Notes: generated by a model not told the origin, from the sequence alone. A stretch of DNA of 64,000 nt from an uncultured Bacteroidales bacterium (GCA_963780735.1 CAWADB010000012.1:2658-66657), one strand, 5' to 3'. Shown: positions 54,213-63,507, counted from the first letter of the stretch. Numbers and translations are program-made.

Positions 54213-56446
54213 GATGCCACCTCCTCTTTGCTAAGGTCAGTAATGAAGGTCACGAAGTTGCCCCTCATGCCGGTTCCTCCCATGACCGGATCCATCATAA
54301 CATTGGTAATCAGTTTTGTATCATTTGCTCCGCGGCCATAGGTCCTGGTGAGTTTCTTGTCAGCATGTCCAAATCCGTGTACCATATAAACAGAATCCCA
54401 TCTGATCCTTTCGGTGATTCTCAATTTTATCGGAAAATCCGTTTTAACTCCGTCCTGGTTTTTCAGATGAATGTACTGCCCCGACGCAAGTCCCCATTCT
54501 TTTGCCACGCGCGGATTGACCCACAACGAGTTTTCGTCCATCAGGTCATAAAGATTGGCATTGTTGGATGTGCGGCTGAACGTATGCATGGGCGCCCTTC
54601 CGTATATGAGACGGTAAAAGCCTTCAGGCGGCTCGGGGTGAGGTGAATACTCCGGCATCGGACTGAAACCTTCATTTTCCATTGCCGTTGAGTACAGCTC
54701 AATCTTCCCGGTGTTGGTCCAGAATGTAATATCTTCCCCTTCGCCGAAGAACAGGTCATCAGCCTCACGTTCCCATGTCTTTACTCCTGCTTTCTTCATC
54801 TCTTCAAGTGAGCTGCCCATCTGTGTCAGCTGCCAGTCGAGCAGGTCTTCTGTTTTCTCAAAGTGGAAGTACTCTCCCTTGCCCAGCCTGTTAGCCAGTT
54901 CCCGGGCCATCCAGTAAGCCGGTTTTGATTCATATTTTGGCTCTGTTGCCGGCATGCGGAGTGCGATGGCCGGTTTGCGGTGGGGGCTGTCTCTGAGTGT
55001 ATCCCAGCGTTCGAGATAAGTGCACTCCGGAAGCACCACATCGGCCCATCCGGTTATCTCCATGGGCATGGTGTCAATAGCGACAATGAGATCAAGGCTC
55101 TGAACTGCTTTCAGGGTATGTTCGGTATCAGGAACTGTCAAAGGCAGGTTTGTGCCTGACACCAGCCATCCTTTTATCATCGCATCCTTTTCAGGTGTCG
55201 GGATGCTGGCATCAATGAGTACATTGGCCACGCCCAGATCAGCAAGATTGTACTTACCAGGATACCATTCGCGCCATGTTCTTGCAGGTGCCGGGTACTC
55301 CGGATGAGGAAATGAAGGGATGGTTTTACCCTCCTGTTTATAGAAGCCACCGCGGCGTCCCCATGACCCGAGAAGCGCGTTAAGTATTGCCACTGCCCTG
55401 ATACGCTGGGTATCATCGCCATACCATGTGACATGACGGCCGGGATGCACAATAACTGCCGGTGAGGCTTCCGCCATTTCGCGTGCTGTATCTCTTATCA
55501 CCGTCGGGTTTATGGTGGTTATGCCATATGCCCATTCGGGAGTAAAGCTCCTGACATGCTCTTTCAGTTCGTCAAACCCGTAGCAGTATTTTTCAACGTA
55601 TTTCTTATCGTAGTATTCATTGTAAATTATCTCATGTATCCAGGCCAGCAGCAGTGCGTTATCAGTCGCAGGCTTGATGGGCAGCCAGTATTTCGATTTG
55701 CCGGCTGCCGTCGAGAACCGCGGGTCAACGGTGATGATTGTGGCGCCCTTGTCGATGGCGTCAGACATCTCCTGTACCTGGCCGTTGTGCATGTTCTCCC
55801 CTATGTGCGATCCGATGAGCACAAGACAGCGGGTGTCGCGTATGTCAGTGTTTTCAGGCGATCCAGGATTCTCTCCGAAGGTGGCTGCAAAAGCCACATC
55901 ACGGGGCCCGCGGCACTGTGCAAAAGATGGCTGTGCATAATTCCCGGCACCCAGAGCTTTAAAAAGATCGGAGAAGTATTTTCCGCCGGAACCGTGATAG
56001 AAGAGAGCAAGGCTCTCGGGACCGTTCTTCGCAATTATTTCTTTCATTTTCCCGGCGACATGATCCAGCGCTTCTTCCCAGGAAGCTTCCCTGAAAACCT
56101 GTTTGCCGCGTTCTTCGGTCCTTATCAGGGGAACCTTTAACCTGTCTTCATCATAATACATCCCGGGACCGCCTGTACCGCGGGGACAGAACCTGCCGCT
56201 GCTGTGCTGGTCTTCTTTATTTCCGGTGATCTTTTTGATGTTTCCACCCTCGTCTTTCCAGACCCAGCCTGCGCATTTCCAGAAACAGATCTCACAATAA
56301 GTGGGAGTGCGTGATGCCAGGACTGCCGCGGTGGCTTTCTGGCTTTCAGTGAGTCCGGAAGCAAAAAGTCTGAAGCCGGCTGCTCCGGCCATAACCGCCC
56401 CGGCTCCCATCGCTGAGATCCTGATGAATTGCCTGCGTGTTGCCAT
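54209..56446 (-). CDS. Tat-exported molybdopterin oxidoreductase catalytic subunit, polysulfide/thiosulfate reductase (PsrA/PhsA) family
   Basis: Twin-arginine signal MATRRQFIRISAMGAGAVMAGAAG. N-terminal Fe-S motif CEICFWKC...C. 745 aa MopB-type domain order. Confidence 0.85.
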   Translation of the reverse strand: MATRRQFIRISAMGAGAVMAGAAGFRLFASGLTESQKATAAVLASRTPTYCEICFWKCAGWVWKDEGGNIKKITGNKEDQHSSGRFCPRGTGGPGMYYDEDRLKVPLIRTEERGKQVFREASWEEALDHVAGKMKEIIAKNGPESLALFYHGSGGKYFSDLFKALGAGNYAQPSFAQCRGPRDVAFAATFGENPGSPENTDIRDTRCLVLIGSHIGENMHNGQVQEMSDAIDKGATIITVDPRFSTAAGKSKYWLPIKPATDNALLLAWIHEIIYNEYYDKKYVEKYCYGFDELKEHVRSFTPEWAYGITTINPTVIRDTAREMAEASPAVIVHPGRHVTWYGDDTQRIRAVAILNALLGSWGRRGGFYKQEGKTIPSFPHPEYPAPARTWREWYPGKYNLADLGVANVLIDASIPTPEKDAMIKGWLVSGTNLPLTVPDTEHTLKAVQSLDLIVAIDTMPMEITGWADVVLPECTYLERWDTLRDSPHRKPAIALRMPATEPKYESKPAYWMARELANRLGKGEYFHFEKTEDLLDWQLTQMGSSLEEMKKAGVKTWEREADDLFFGEGEDITFWTNTGKIELYSTAMENEGFSPMPEYSPHPEPPEGFYRLIYGRAPMHTFSRTSNNANLYDLMDENSLWVNPRVAKEWGLASGQYIHLKNQDGVKTDFPIKLRITERIRWDSVYMVHGFGHADKKLTRTYGRGANDTKLITNVMMDPVMGGTGMRGNFVTFITDLSKEEVAS

Positions 56447-56563
56447 CTAATAAACTGTTTTACTGTGTATTGTGATTATCTCGATATACCTGAATATCAC
56501 GGTCTAGGGATTTGCGAAAATACTGTTTTTTTATTCACAGTAAATACTGAAATGACATTTATC

Positions 56564-56585
56564 ATTATGAACGTATGTTCATAAT
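56564..56585. promoter_or_regulatory. Perfect inverted repeat ATTATGAAC-GTAT-GTTCATAAT (operator candidate) in the divergent psr / DUF134 intergenic region
   Basis: The 9-bp arms are exact reverse complements. The repeat sits immediately upstream of the -7 box at 56589. Confidence 0.55.
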
Positions 56586-56588
56586 CAC

Positions 56589-56596
56589 TATCTTTG
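56589..56596 (+). promoter_or_regulatory. Bacteroidota-type -7 promoter box for the DUF134 / NifX-like operon
   Basis: TATCTTTG lies 45 nt upstream of the GTG start at 56641. Confidence 0.5.
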
Positions 56597-56640
56597 TATT
56601 TCTATTCTGAAAAGTATTTACCCGAAAACAAGTCAGGCAA

Positions 56641-57042
56641 GTGGCAAGACCAAGAAGAAAAAGAAGTGTGATGGGGCTGCCGTTTATAGAGGGCTATAAG
56701 CCGGTCGGGATACCGATGAGGGAGCTTCTGTCTGTCATTCTGCTCTTTGAGGAGTACGAAGCCATAAGGTTATGTGACTACCTCGGGATGAAGCAGGAGG
56801 AAGCAGCTGCAATGATGGGAATATCACGTCCGACACTGACCAGGGTATACGAGAAAGCCCGCAGGACAGTCGCTACTGCATTTGCCGAGGGGAAAGCCAT
56901 TATTATTGAGGGAGGTGATTACCAAACCGAAGGAAAGTGGTACAGATGTCCGCGATGCAGGCGGGCCGTCTCGGGGACAAATGAAAACAAGAGTTGCGAT
57001 AAATGTGAAAAGGATCAGTCAAACGAATCAACTAAATACTAA
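56641..57042 (+). CDS. DUF134 (UPF0251) family predicted DNA-binding protein with a C-terminal zinc-ribbon-like CxxC...CxxC
   Basis: GTG start gives MARPRRKRSV...GYKPVGIP...LLFEEYEAIRLCDYLGMKQEEAAAMMGISRPTLTRVYEKARRTVA (sigma-70 region-4-like HTH). Tail: CPRC...CDKC. Confidence 0.8.
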   Translation: MARPRRKRSVMGLPFIEGYKPVGIPMRELLSVILLFEEYEAIRLCDYLGMKQEEAAAMMGISRPTLTRVYEKARRTVATAFAEGKAIIIEGGDYQTEGKWYRCPRCRRAVSGTNENKSCDKCEKDQSNESTKY

Positions 57043-57048
57043 CATAAA

Positions 57049-57429
57049 ATGAAAATCGCTTTACCCTCAAGAGGGAACTTTATTGACGACCATTTTGGTC
57101 ATTGTGAGAGTTTTACCGTATTCACAATAAATGAAAATGATGAGATTGAAAGCCGTGAGACCATACCGTCTGAGAACGGTTGCGGCTGCAAATCAGGTAT
57201 AGCAGGTGTGCTGAAGGAAAAAGGTGTGGAAATAATGCTGGCCGGCAACATGGGTGACGGTGCAGTAAACGTACTGGAGCGGCATGATATAGCAGTCTTC
57301 CGCGGTTGCAGGGGTGATGTCACCGAAGTGACCGGGGCCTTTCTCAGGGGCGAACTGAATGATTCGGGAGAATCATGCAGTCACCATCACGGCGAGGGTG
57401 ACCACGGTCATCAGTGCCATCAGTCATAG
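57049..57429 (+). CDS. NifB/NifX-family (dinitrogenase FeMo-cofactor-binding-like) small protein with a His/Cys-rich tail
   Basis: MKIALPSRGNFIDDHFGHCESFTVF...GVEIMLAGNMGDGAVNVLERHDIAVF matches the Nitro_FeMo-Co domain pattern. Tail: CSHHHGEGDHGHQCHQS. Confidence 0.8.
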   Translation: MKIALPSRGNFIDDHFGHCESFTVFTINENDEIESRETIPSENGCGCKSGIAGVLKEKGVEIMLAGNMGDGAVNVLERHDIAVFRGCRGDVTEVTGAFLRGELNDSGESCSHHHGEGDHGHQCHQS

Positions 57430-57436
57430 GTACTGC

Positions 57437-59119
57437 TCAGGCAAGTCTTTTGTATTTCATCCTGACGGGACCTGCGTCAGCTGTGCGTTTACGGTAGTTC
57501 TCATCATATTCCGAGAAGTCGCCCTCAAACCATACCACTTTTGAATCGCCCTCGAAGGCGAGGATATGTGTTGCAACGCGGTCAAGGAACCAGCGGTCGT
57601 GGGAGATGATCACTGCACAACCGGCAAAATTATCAAGTCCTTCTTCCAGGGCACGAAGCGTGTTGACATCGATGTCATTTGTCGGTTCATCAAGCAGCAG
57701 CACATTGGCTCCGCTCTTCAGCGTCAGAGCCAGGTGCAGCCTGTTCCTCTCACCGCCGGAGAGAACGCCGCATTTCTTTTCCTGGTCAGCGCCGGTAAAA
57801 TTGAACCGGGCGGCATAAGCCCTCGCATTGACAGGCCTGTTACCGACCATAACCTCATCGAGCCCACCCGAGATCACCTCGTAAACGCTCTTTTTCGGGT
57901 CGATGTCTGCGTGGGCCTGGTCAACATATCCCAGTGTCACTGTGCCGCCGACTTCGAAAGTGCCCTTGTCCACCTTTTCCTGGCCCATGATCATGCGGAA
58001 GAGTGTTGTCTTGCCGGCGCCGTTGGGTCCGATGACCCCCACAATGCCGTTGGGCGGAAGGTTAAACTCAAGATCTTCAAACAGTATCTTTTCACCGAAG
58101 CCTTTTGAAACACCCTTCGCCTTTATTACCTTATCGCCCAGCCTGGGGCCGTTGGGAATAAAAATCTCAAGCTTGTCCTCCTTCTGTTTCACATCCTGGT
58201 TGAGTAGGCTCTCGTAAGCGCTGAGTCGTGCCTTTGACTTGGCACGTCTTGCCTTCGGCGACATCCTTACCCATTCAAGTTCATGTTCAAGTGTCTTGCG
58301 TCGCTTGACATTCCCCTTTTCTTCGAGCTCGAGCCTTTTTGTCTTCTGCTCAAGCCACGATGTATAGTTACCCTTCCACGGTATACCCTCGCCGCGGTCA
58401 AGCTCAAGTATCCATCCGGCAACATTGTCAAGGAAATACCTGTCGTGTGTTATGCATATGACAGTGCCTTTATACTGTTTCAGGTGTGTCTCGAGCCACT
58501 GCACGCTCTCTGCGTCGAGGTGGTTCGTTGGCTCATCGAGCAGCAGGACATCGGGTTCAAGGAGTAGCAGGCGGCATAATGCCACCCTGCGTCGTTCGCC
58601 TCCGGAAAGGATATTGACGGGTGTTGACGGGTCAGGACATTGCAGGGCATCCATGGCGCGTTCAAGGCGGTGTTCGAGGTTCCAGCCGTCAAGCGCTTCG
58701 ATCTTCTCCTGCAGCTCTGCCTGGCGGTTCATCAGTTTTTCCATGACGTCAGGATTCTCATACACCTCCGGCTCACCAAAGCGCAGGTTAATGTCTTCAT
58801 ATTCCTTCAGAACTGCCACCACGCTGGCGGCACCTTCCTCGACTATCTCACGAACAGTGCGTTTATCATCCATCAGGGGATCCTGCGGCATATGGCCCAC
58901 CGTGTAACCGGGTGAGAATACCACTTCACCCTGATATTCCTTCTCAATGCCTGCAATGATTTTCAGAAGCGTCGATTTTCCGGAGCCGTTGAGACCGATA
59001 ATGCCAATCTTGGCCCCCAGAAAAAAGGAGAGTGAGATATCTTTTAAAACCTGTCTGTGAGGAGGGTAGCTTTTGCTTACCCTGAACATAGAAAAAATGA
59101 TCTTCTTGTCGTCAGCCAT
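57437..59119 (-). CDS. ettA: ABC-F translational throttle protein EttA
   Basis: 560 aa. Two ABC cassettes (GLNGSGKST, GPNGAGKTT, LSGGERRR/LSGGERNR). The N-terminus MADDKKIIFSMFRVSKSYPP is typical of EttA. Confidence 0.9.
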   Translation of the reverse strand: MADDKKIIFSMFRVSKSYPPHRQVLKDISLSFFLGAKIGIIGLNGSGKSTLLKIIAGIEKEYQGEVVFSPGYTVGHMPQDPLMDDKRTVREIVEEGAASVVAVLKEYEDINLRFGEPEVYENPDVMEKLMNRQAELQEKIEALDGWNLEHRLERAMDALQCPDPSTPVNILSGGERRRVALCRLLLLEPDVLLLDEPTNHLDAESVQWLETHLKQYKGTVICITHDRYFLDNVAGWILELDRGEGIPWKGNYTSWLEQKTKRLELEEKGNVKRRKTLEHELEWVRMSPKARRAKSKARLSAYESLLNQDVKQKEDKLEIFIPNGPRLGDKVIKAKGVSKGFGEKILFEDLEFNLPPNGIVGVIGPNGAGKTTLFRMIMGQEKVDKGTFEVGGTVTLGYVDQAHADIDPKKSVYEVISGGLDEVMVGNRPVNARAYAARFNFTGADQEKKCGVLSGGERNRLHLALTLKSGANVLLLDEPTNDIDVNTLRALEEGLDNFAGCAVIISHDRWFLDRVATHILAFEGDSKVVWFEGDFSEYDENYRKRTADAGPVRMKYKRLA

Positions 59120-59182
59120 AATTCATCCGGTTACTGACGACAAAAATAATCATTTTGTCTGCGGCAGAAATATTATGTTTCT

Positions 59183-59617
59183 TTATTGTGTCACAGAGCT
59201 CTCAGGGCAGCCTTTGGCAAACAGGGAAACAGTCTCCTGCTGCACGAGCACCCAAATGATATAAACTCCCTTGAGCGTTCCGATGGGTATGTTCAGTAAT
59301 CCCAGGGATGCCATGACCAGGGTCAGTATCCTGGCCCATGACTTGCAGGATAATAATCCTACGCCCCCGGCTATCATTGCTCCGCCGAAAAGAAGGAACA
59401 TGACAATCAGAGGAGTTCCGACTATTGCCAGCACCTTCAGTGCAGTGGGGTCGTCAACAAACTGGTCGGCAAGACCAAAGGCAAAGGCAATGGCAAGGCC
59501 AGCGATGACGATCAGTGACCCGAATACTATCTGAAGAATTGCAGCGACATGAATATGTTTTCTCATTCTGCTCTCCTCAACGGTTGTGTTCCCCTGCGGG
59601 ATAGTGTTCTCTTCCAT
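59183..59617 (-). CDS. Hypothetical small membrane protein (4 TM helices)
   Basis: 144-aa ORF with hydrophobic helices. No recognisable family. Confidence 0.5.
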   Translation of the reverse strand: MEENTIPQGNTTVEESRMRKHIHVAAILQIVFGSLIVIAGLAIAFAFGLADQFVDDPTALKVLAIVGTPLIVMFLLFGGAMIAGGVGLLSCKSWARILTLVMASLGLLNIPIGTLKGVYIIWVLVQQETVSLFAKGCPESSVTQ

Positions 59618-59725
59618 GATATACTGATTTAGGTTTTTTCACGTTTACAGATTAATGACTCTAATTTAATAAAAATGCTGCATCGCCGAGCTGTGTCAAT
59701 TTTTTTACCTTTGCCCCAAATTCTG

Positions 59726-59962
59726 ATGAAGATGAGAAGGAAGCTTGCTTTCGCCGCCGGTCTGCTACTGGTTGCCTGCACATTTACCGCATGTGATATG
59801 ATTGGCGGTAGCTGCCAGACATGCCAGTTGGTATCATACGAGAACAACCACCTTATCGATCCGGGCACTCCTGCAGATTACTGCGACGATGACCTTGTGG
59901 CCATAAAGAGAATACCTCCATCGACCATCAACGGTGTAACCACACAGTGGGAGTGCAATTAA
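59726..59962 (+). CDS. Small Cys-rich lipoprotein, hypothetical
   Basis: Start at MKMRRKLAFAAGLLLVAC (lipobox). The mature part carries 6 further Cys (CTFTAC...CQTC...C...C). Confidence 0.5.
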   Translation: MKMRRKLAFAAGLLLVACTFTACDMIGGSCQTCQLVSYENNHLIDPGTPADYCDDDLVAIKRIPPSTINGVTTQWECN

Positions 59963-60143
59963 TCAGCCTCTTACGCTTCCTCTCCGGAAGTTATTAACAC
60001 CCTTTTTTTTTGTTTAAAAATTGTTGTTAAGAATTTAGCAGCACGATTGTCTTTGTTAAATAAAATGTCTAATCTTGTTTACTCTCGCCGGGTAATATTT
60101 TGTTGATTTCGGAATACTAATCCCCGGATTCAATTTATACGAA

Positions 60144-60548
60144 ATGCTGGATATCACAGGAAAAAGAATTGCGATCGTCGAAGACGACATTGCATCACTG
60201 AAGTATTATGAAACGCTGCTGCGGGAAACCGGAGCAACAGTAGACGTTTTCCGCAACGGAAAGGAATTCGTTGAAACTGTCACTTCAGGCAAGGCTGTCT
60301 ATGATTTGGTTTTCATGGACTTCCTTGTGCCGCTGGTCAACGGCATTGACTGCACCAGGGCTTTCCGTCAGGTCAACCGTTCAGCACCCGTTATCCTGGT
60401 TACAGCTTATTATTCCGAACAGACAAAGAATGAGGCATATATTGCAGGATGTACTGAATATAACCTCAAGCCGATCTTCCCTGACAAGATCCATATGATC
60501 CTGGAGAAGTACCTCGCCCCGAGGCCGGCATACCAGATGAACGACTGA
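60144..60548 (+). CDS. Stand-alone response-regulator receiver domain protein (CheY-like)
   Basis: Acidic pocket IVEDD, phospho-acceptor D in LVFMDFLVP, VTAY (T), LKP (K). No output domain. Confidence 0.85.
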   Translation: MLDITGKRIAIVEDDIASLKYYETLLRETGATVDVFRNGKEFVETVTSGKAVYDLVFMDFLVPLVNGIDCTRAFRQVNRSAPVILVTAYYSEQTKNEAYIAGCTEYNLKPIFPDKIHMILEKYLAPRPAYQMND

Positions 60549-60575
60549 CAGACCACCCCGTCCCGGTTTTCTCAC

Positions 60576-60603
60576 TACTGCCTACTGCCTATTGCCTACT
60601 GCC
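60576..60603 (+). repeat. Four tandem heptamers TACTGCC TACTGCC TATTGCC TACTGCC, 28 nt after the response-regulator stop
   Basis: Read directly. The repeat abuts the stop codon (60604-60606) of the convergent DUF2723 gene. Confidence 0.8.
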
Positions 60604-63507
60604 TTATTGTTTCAATGAGACATATTTTGTGTACAGCTCACTGAACCTGCCGTTAAGTTCTTCGGCAAGGGCAGTTTCTCCGTTATTATAGCATATCTGC
60701 ATCACCTGTGAGACTATCTGCAGACCCTGGGCTATCTCCTGGTCAGCATAGGTTGCAATCAGCGGTTTCTGTCCAAGCCAGTAGCCTGTATGTTCAAGAT
60801 AGTAATCTGTCACCTCCTTCGTCATCGAGACCGCCTTTTCCTTGTTACCTGCCTTAAACCAGGCCGAAATGATATCTGAGCAATAGATGTCATAACCAAG
60901 ATTCGAAACCGGCAGTACCTCCATGCATCTCTCAAGGACCTCGTTGGCTCTTTTAGTGTCGCCTTTGGCAGACAGTTCATTGGCCAGCCTGGTATAAATA
61001 AGACGTGCCCTGACAACAGTGATGGTGCGCTTGTGGTAGTAATCGATCCAGACATCCGGGTCATTGGCGCCTCTCCAGAGAAACTTGTTCATAAGGTTGT
61101 CATTGAGGATCTCCGCATCTGTCCTGCCATATTCAAACCAGCTCTTGTTTTCGCTTTTTATCGGCACTAACCGGTAAGCCAGCCCTTCAAGCTGGAAATA
61201 CTCCTCAAGGCCAAGGGCGTCATTATGATACCCCGTAACAAAATATATTGGCCTGTCCCAATCGTTGTTGGCAAGGATGTCCAGCACCATTAGCTGGCTC
61301 TTGAGTATCCATGACCCGTCAAGTTTAATATCGATATAAGGAACAATCTTATCCGCATCCTCGGGCCTGACAGTGCCGTTGGCGATGACCTTTGCCGCAT
61401 CAACCGGTATGCGTACGGTGCGGGTGGGAATATAATAGATCTCTTCGCCGTAGAGAGTCAGCTTTGAGACGTCGTTGTCGCTGTTGATGAAGTTGATTAC
61501 CTCTTTTGCCGTCGCCGGTTCCTTAACCCTTTCATATACTGCAACCTGGTTATTCACCCCGTCATAATAGAGCTTCTTCGGCAGGCTCACAGGCAGCGGC
61601 TTGGAGGTGTAGGCCTGCATCTTCATCTGGTCAATATACCAGTCGGTATTCAGCAGCATCAGGTTACAGACGCGTACGTCCGTCCTTATGCCCTCCACCT
61701 CCTGTGAGTACCACAGCGGGAAGGTGTCATTGTCGCCGTTGGTGAATATTATAGCCTGCGGGGCACATGAATTGAGATAATTGAATGCCACATCGCGGGC
61801 AAGGTATCTCCCCGACCGGTCATGATCATCGTAGTTTTCGGAAGCCATGATCACAGGTACTGCTGCCAGGGCTATCAGTGAAGCAGCAACAGCGCCGGCC
61901 TTTTCTCCTGCCAGTTTTCTCAGGAGCTCAAAGAGTGCAAGCACCCCCAGCCCTATCCAGATGGTAAAGGCATAGAAAGAAGCTGCATAGGCATAATCGC
62001 GCTCCCTTGGCTGATTGGGATACTGGTTCAGATAAACCACTATGGCGATGCCAGTCATTATGTAAAGCAGCAGCACTATCCACCAGTTCCTCACGTCGCG
62101 GTTAAAGTGCCACAGGAAGCCAGTCAGGCCCAGCAACAGCGGAAGCAGGAAATACCTGTTGCGCGACGGATCATTCTTCATGTCTTCCGGCATGTTGTAC
62201 ACGGTGCCAAGTCGTGGTGCATCAATGAAGTTAAGGCCTGTAATCCAGTTGCCGTTAATGGCGCCTCCGTAACTCTGAACATCATTCTGCCGGCCGCTGA
62301 AGTTCCACATGAAATACCGGAAATACATAAAGCCGACCTGGTAATTGAACATGAACGACAGGTTCTGTCCGAAACCGGGCACGCGCACTGTGGTAGGCTC
62401 TCCGGTCTGCGGATCGTTTATCCTCACGGGCTTGCCTTTCTTGCCCACATATTCCTCATAGACCTTAACATATTCAGCCTGATCGTTCCACATCCTGGGA
62501 AGGAAAGTCATGAACCTTTCATCATACTTCCTCACCGTCTCACGGTTGGTGATCTTGTACTTGCCGTCGACAGGATTATATGTCGGTTTGCCTTTTACGT
62601 AATCTGTCACCGGAGCGTTGTAATAGGGCCCGTAAAAGAGCGGACGCTGTCCGTACTGCTCGCGGTTAAGATAATAGAGCAGGGCGAAGGGGTTTGAGGG
62701 GTCATTCTCGTTCATCGGTGTTTCAGCGGTGGACCTGATGACTATGGTGGCAAATGAGGAATACCCGATAAGTATAACAAGTATGGAAGTCATCACGGTG
62801 TTCAGAGACACCAGGCTGTGTGTTGACAGGTAATAAATGACATAGATGATGCCGGCAAGGATAATGATGTTAAACAGCAACGAACCTGTCAGCAGCCATA
62901 CTCCCGACAGGAGAACCGTCAGGCCTGAAAGGAGGAATCCTTTCCTGCCGTTTTCATGTGAAAAGGTATACCATACGGAAAGGATCAGTGCCGTGATGAG
63001 CAGGATAAGATGAATGTACATCCCGCTGTTGAAAGGCATGCTCAGGCTGTTGACAAAGAACAGTTCAAAGTGCGATGTGATGCTGAAGAGGCCGGGAATG
63101 ATGCCGTACATTATCAGCACCAGCAGCATTAATGAGACCGCCAGTGAGAAAGCCAGTCCCTTCCATGAGAACTCATACTTGCGGAAGTAATAGACGCATA
63201 CTATGGCGGGTATGGCCAGCAGGTTCAGCAGGTGCACGCCTATGGAGAGACCCATCATAAAGGCTATGAGGATGATCCATTTATCTGCGTGAGGCTCATC
63301 GGCAACGTCCTCCCATCTGAGGATGGCCCAGAACACTGCAGCCGTAAAGAGTGAAGAGGTGGCATAGACCTCGCCCTCAACAGCTGAAAACCAGAACGTA
63401 TCGGAGAAAGCATATGCAAGAGCACCTGTCAGCCCTGCTCCCAGCACGGCTATTACCCTGCCTGCGGTGTAGTCAGACTCCTGTTTCAGCATGATCCTCC
63501 GTGGCAA
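60604..63507 (-). CDS. DUF2723-family large membrane protein (glycosyltransferase-like, PMT/ArnT-type topology), major fragment of a frame-disrupted gene
   Basis: Many TM helices with a large C-terminal TPR-like soluble region. It begins RRIMLKQESDYTAGRVIAVLGAGLTGALAYAFSDTFWFSAVEGEVY, which continues the upstream fragment. Confidence 0.7.
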   Translation of the reverse strand: MPRRIMLKQESDYTAGRVIAVLGAGLTGALAYAFSDTFWFSAVEGEVYATSSLFTAAVFWAILRWEDVADEPHADKWIILIAFMMGLSIGVHLLNLLAIPAIVCVYYFRKYEFSWKGLAFSLAVSLMLLVLIMYGIIPGLFSITSHFELFFVNSLSMPFNSGMYIHLILLITALILSVWYTFSHENGRKGFLLSGLTVLLSGVWLLTGSLLFNIIILAGIIYVIYYLSTHSLVSLNTVMTSILVILIGYSSFATIVIRSTAETPMNENDPSNPFALLYYLNREQYGQRPLFYGPYYNAPVTDYVKGKPTYNPVDGKYKITNRETVRKYDERFMTFLPRMWNDQAEYVKVYEEYVGKKGKPVRINDPQTGEPTTVRVPGFGQNLSFMFNYQVGFMYFRYFMWNFSGRQNDVQSYGGAINGNWITGLNFIDAPRLGTVYNMPEDMKNDPSRNRYFLLPLLLGLTGFLWHFNRDVRNWWIVLLLYIMTGIAIVVYLNQYPNQPRERDYAYAASFYAFTIWIGLGVLALFELLRKLAGEKAGAVAASLIALAAVPVIMASENYDDHDRSGRYLARDVAFNYLNSCAPQAIIFTNGDNDTFPLWYSQEVEGIRTDVRVCNLMLLNTDWYIDQMKMQAYTSKPLPVSLPKKLYYDGVNNQVAVYERVKEPATAKEVINFINSDNDVSKLTLYGEEIYYIPTRTVRIPVDAAKVIANGTVRPEDADKIVPYIDIKLDGSWILKSQLMVLDILANNDWDRPIYFVTGYHNDALGLEEYFQLEGLAYRLVPIKSENKSWFEYGRTDAEILNDNLMNKFLWRGANDPDVWIDYYHKRTITVVRARLIYTRLANELSAKGDTKRANEVLERCMEVLPVSNLGYDIYCSDIISAWFKAGNKEKAVSMTKEVTDYYLEHTGYWLGQKPLIATYADQEIAQGLQIVSQVMQICYNNGETALAEELNGRFSELYTKYVSLKQ

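Noticed and set aside
57049-57429. The NifX-like gene as evidence for nitrogen fixation
   Set aside because: No nifHDK/ENB genes are in the window. Stand-alone Nitro_FeMo-Co domain proteins are common in non-diazotrophic anaerobes.
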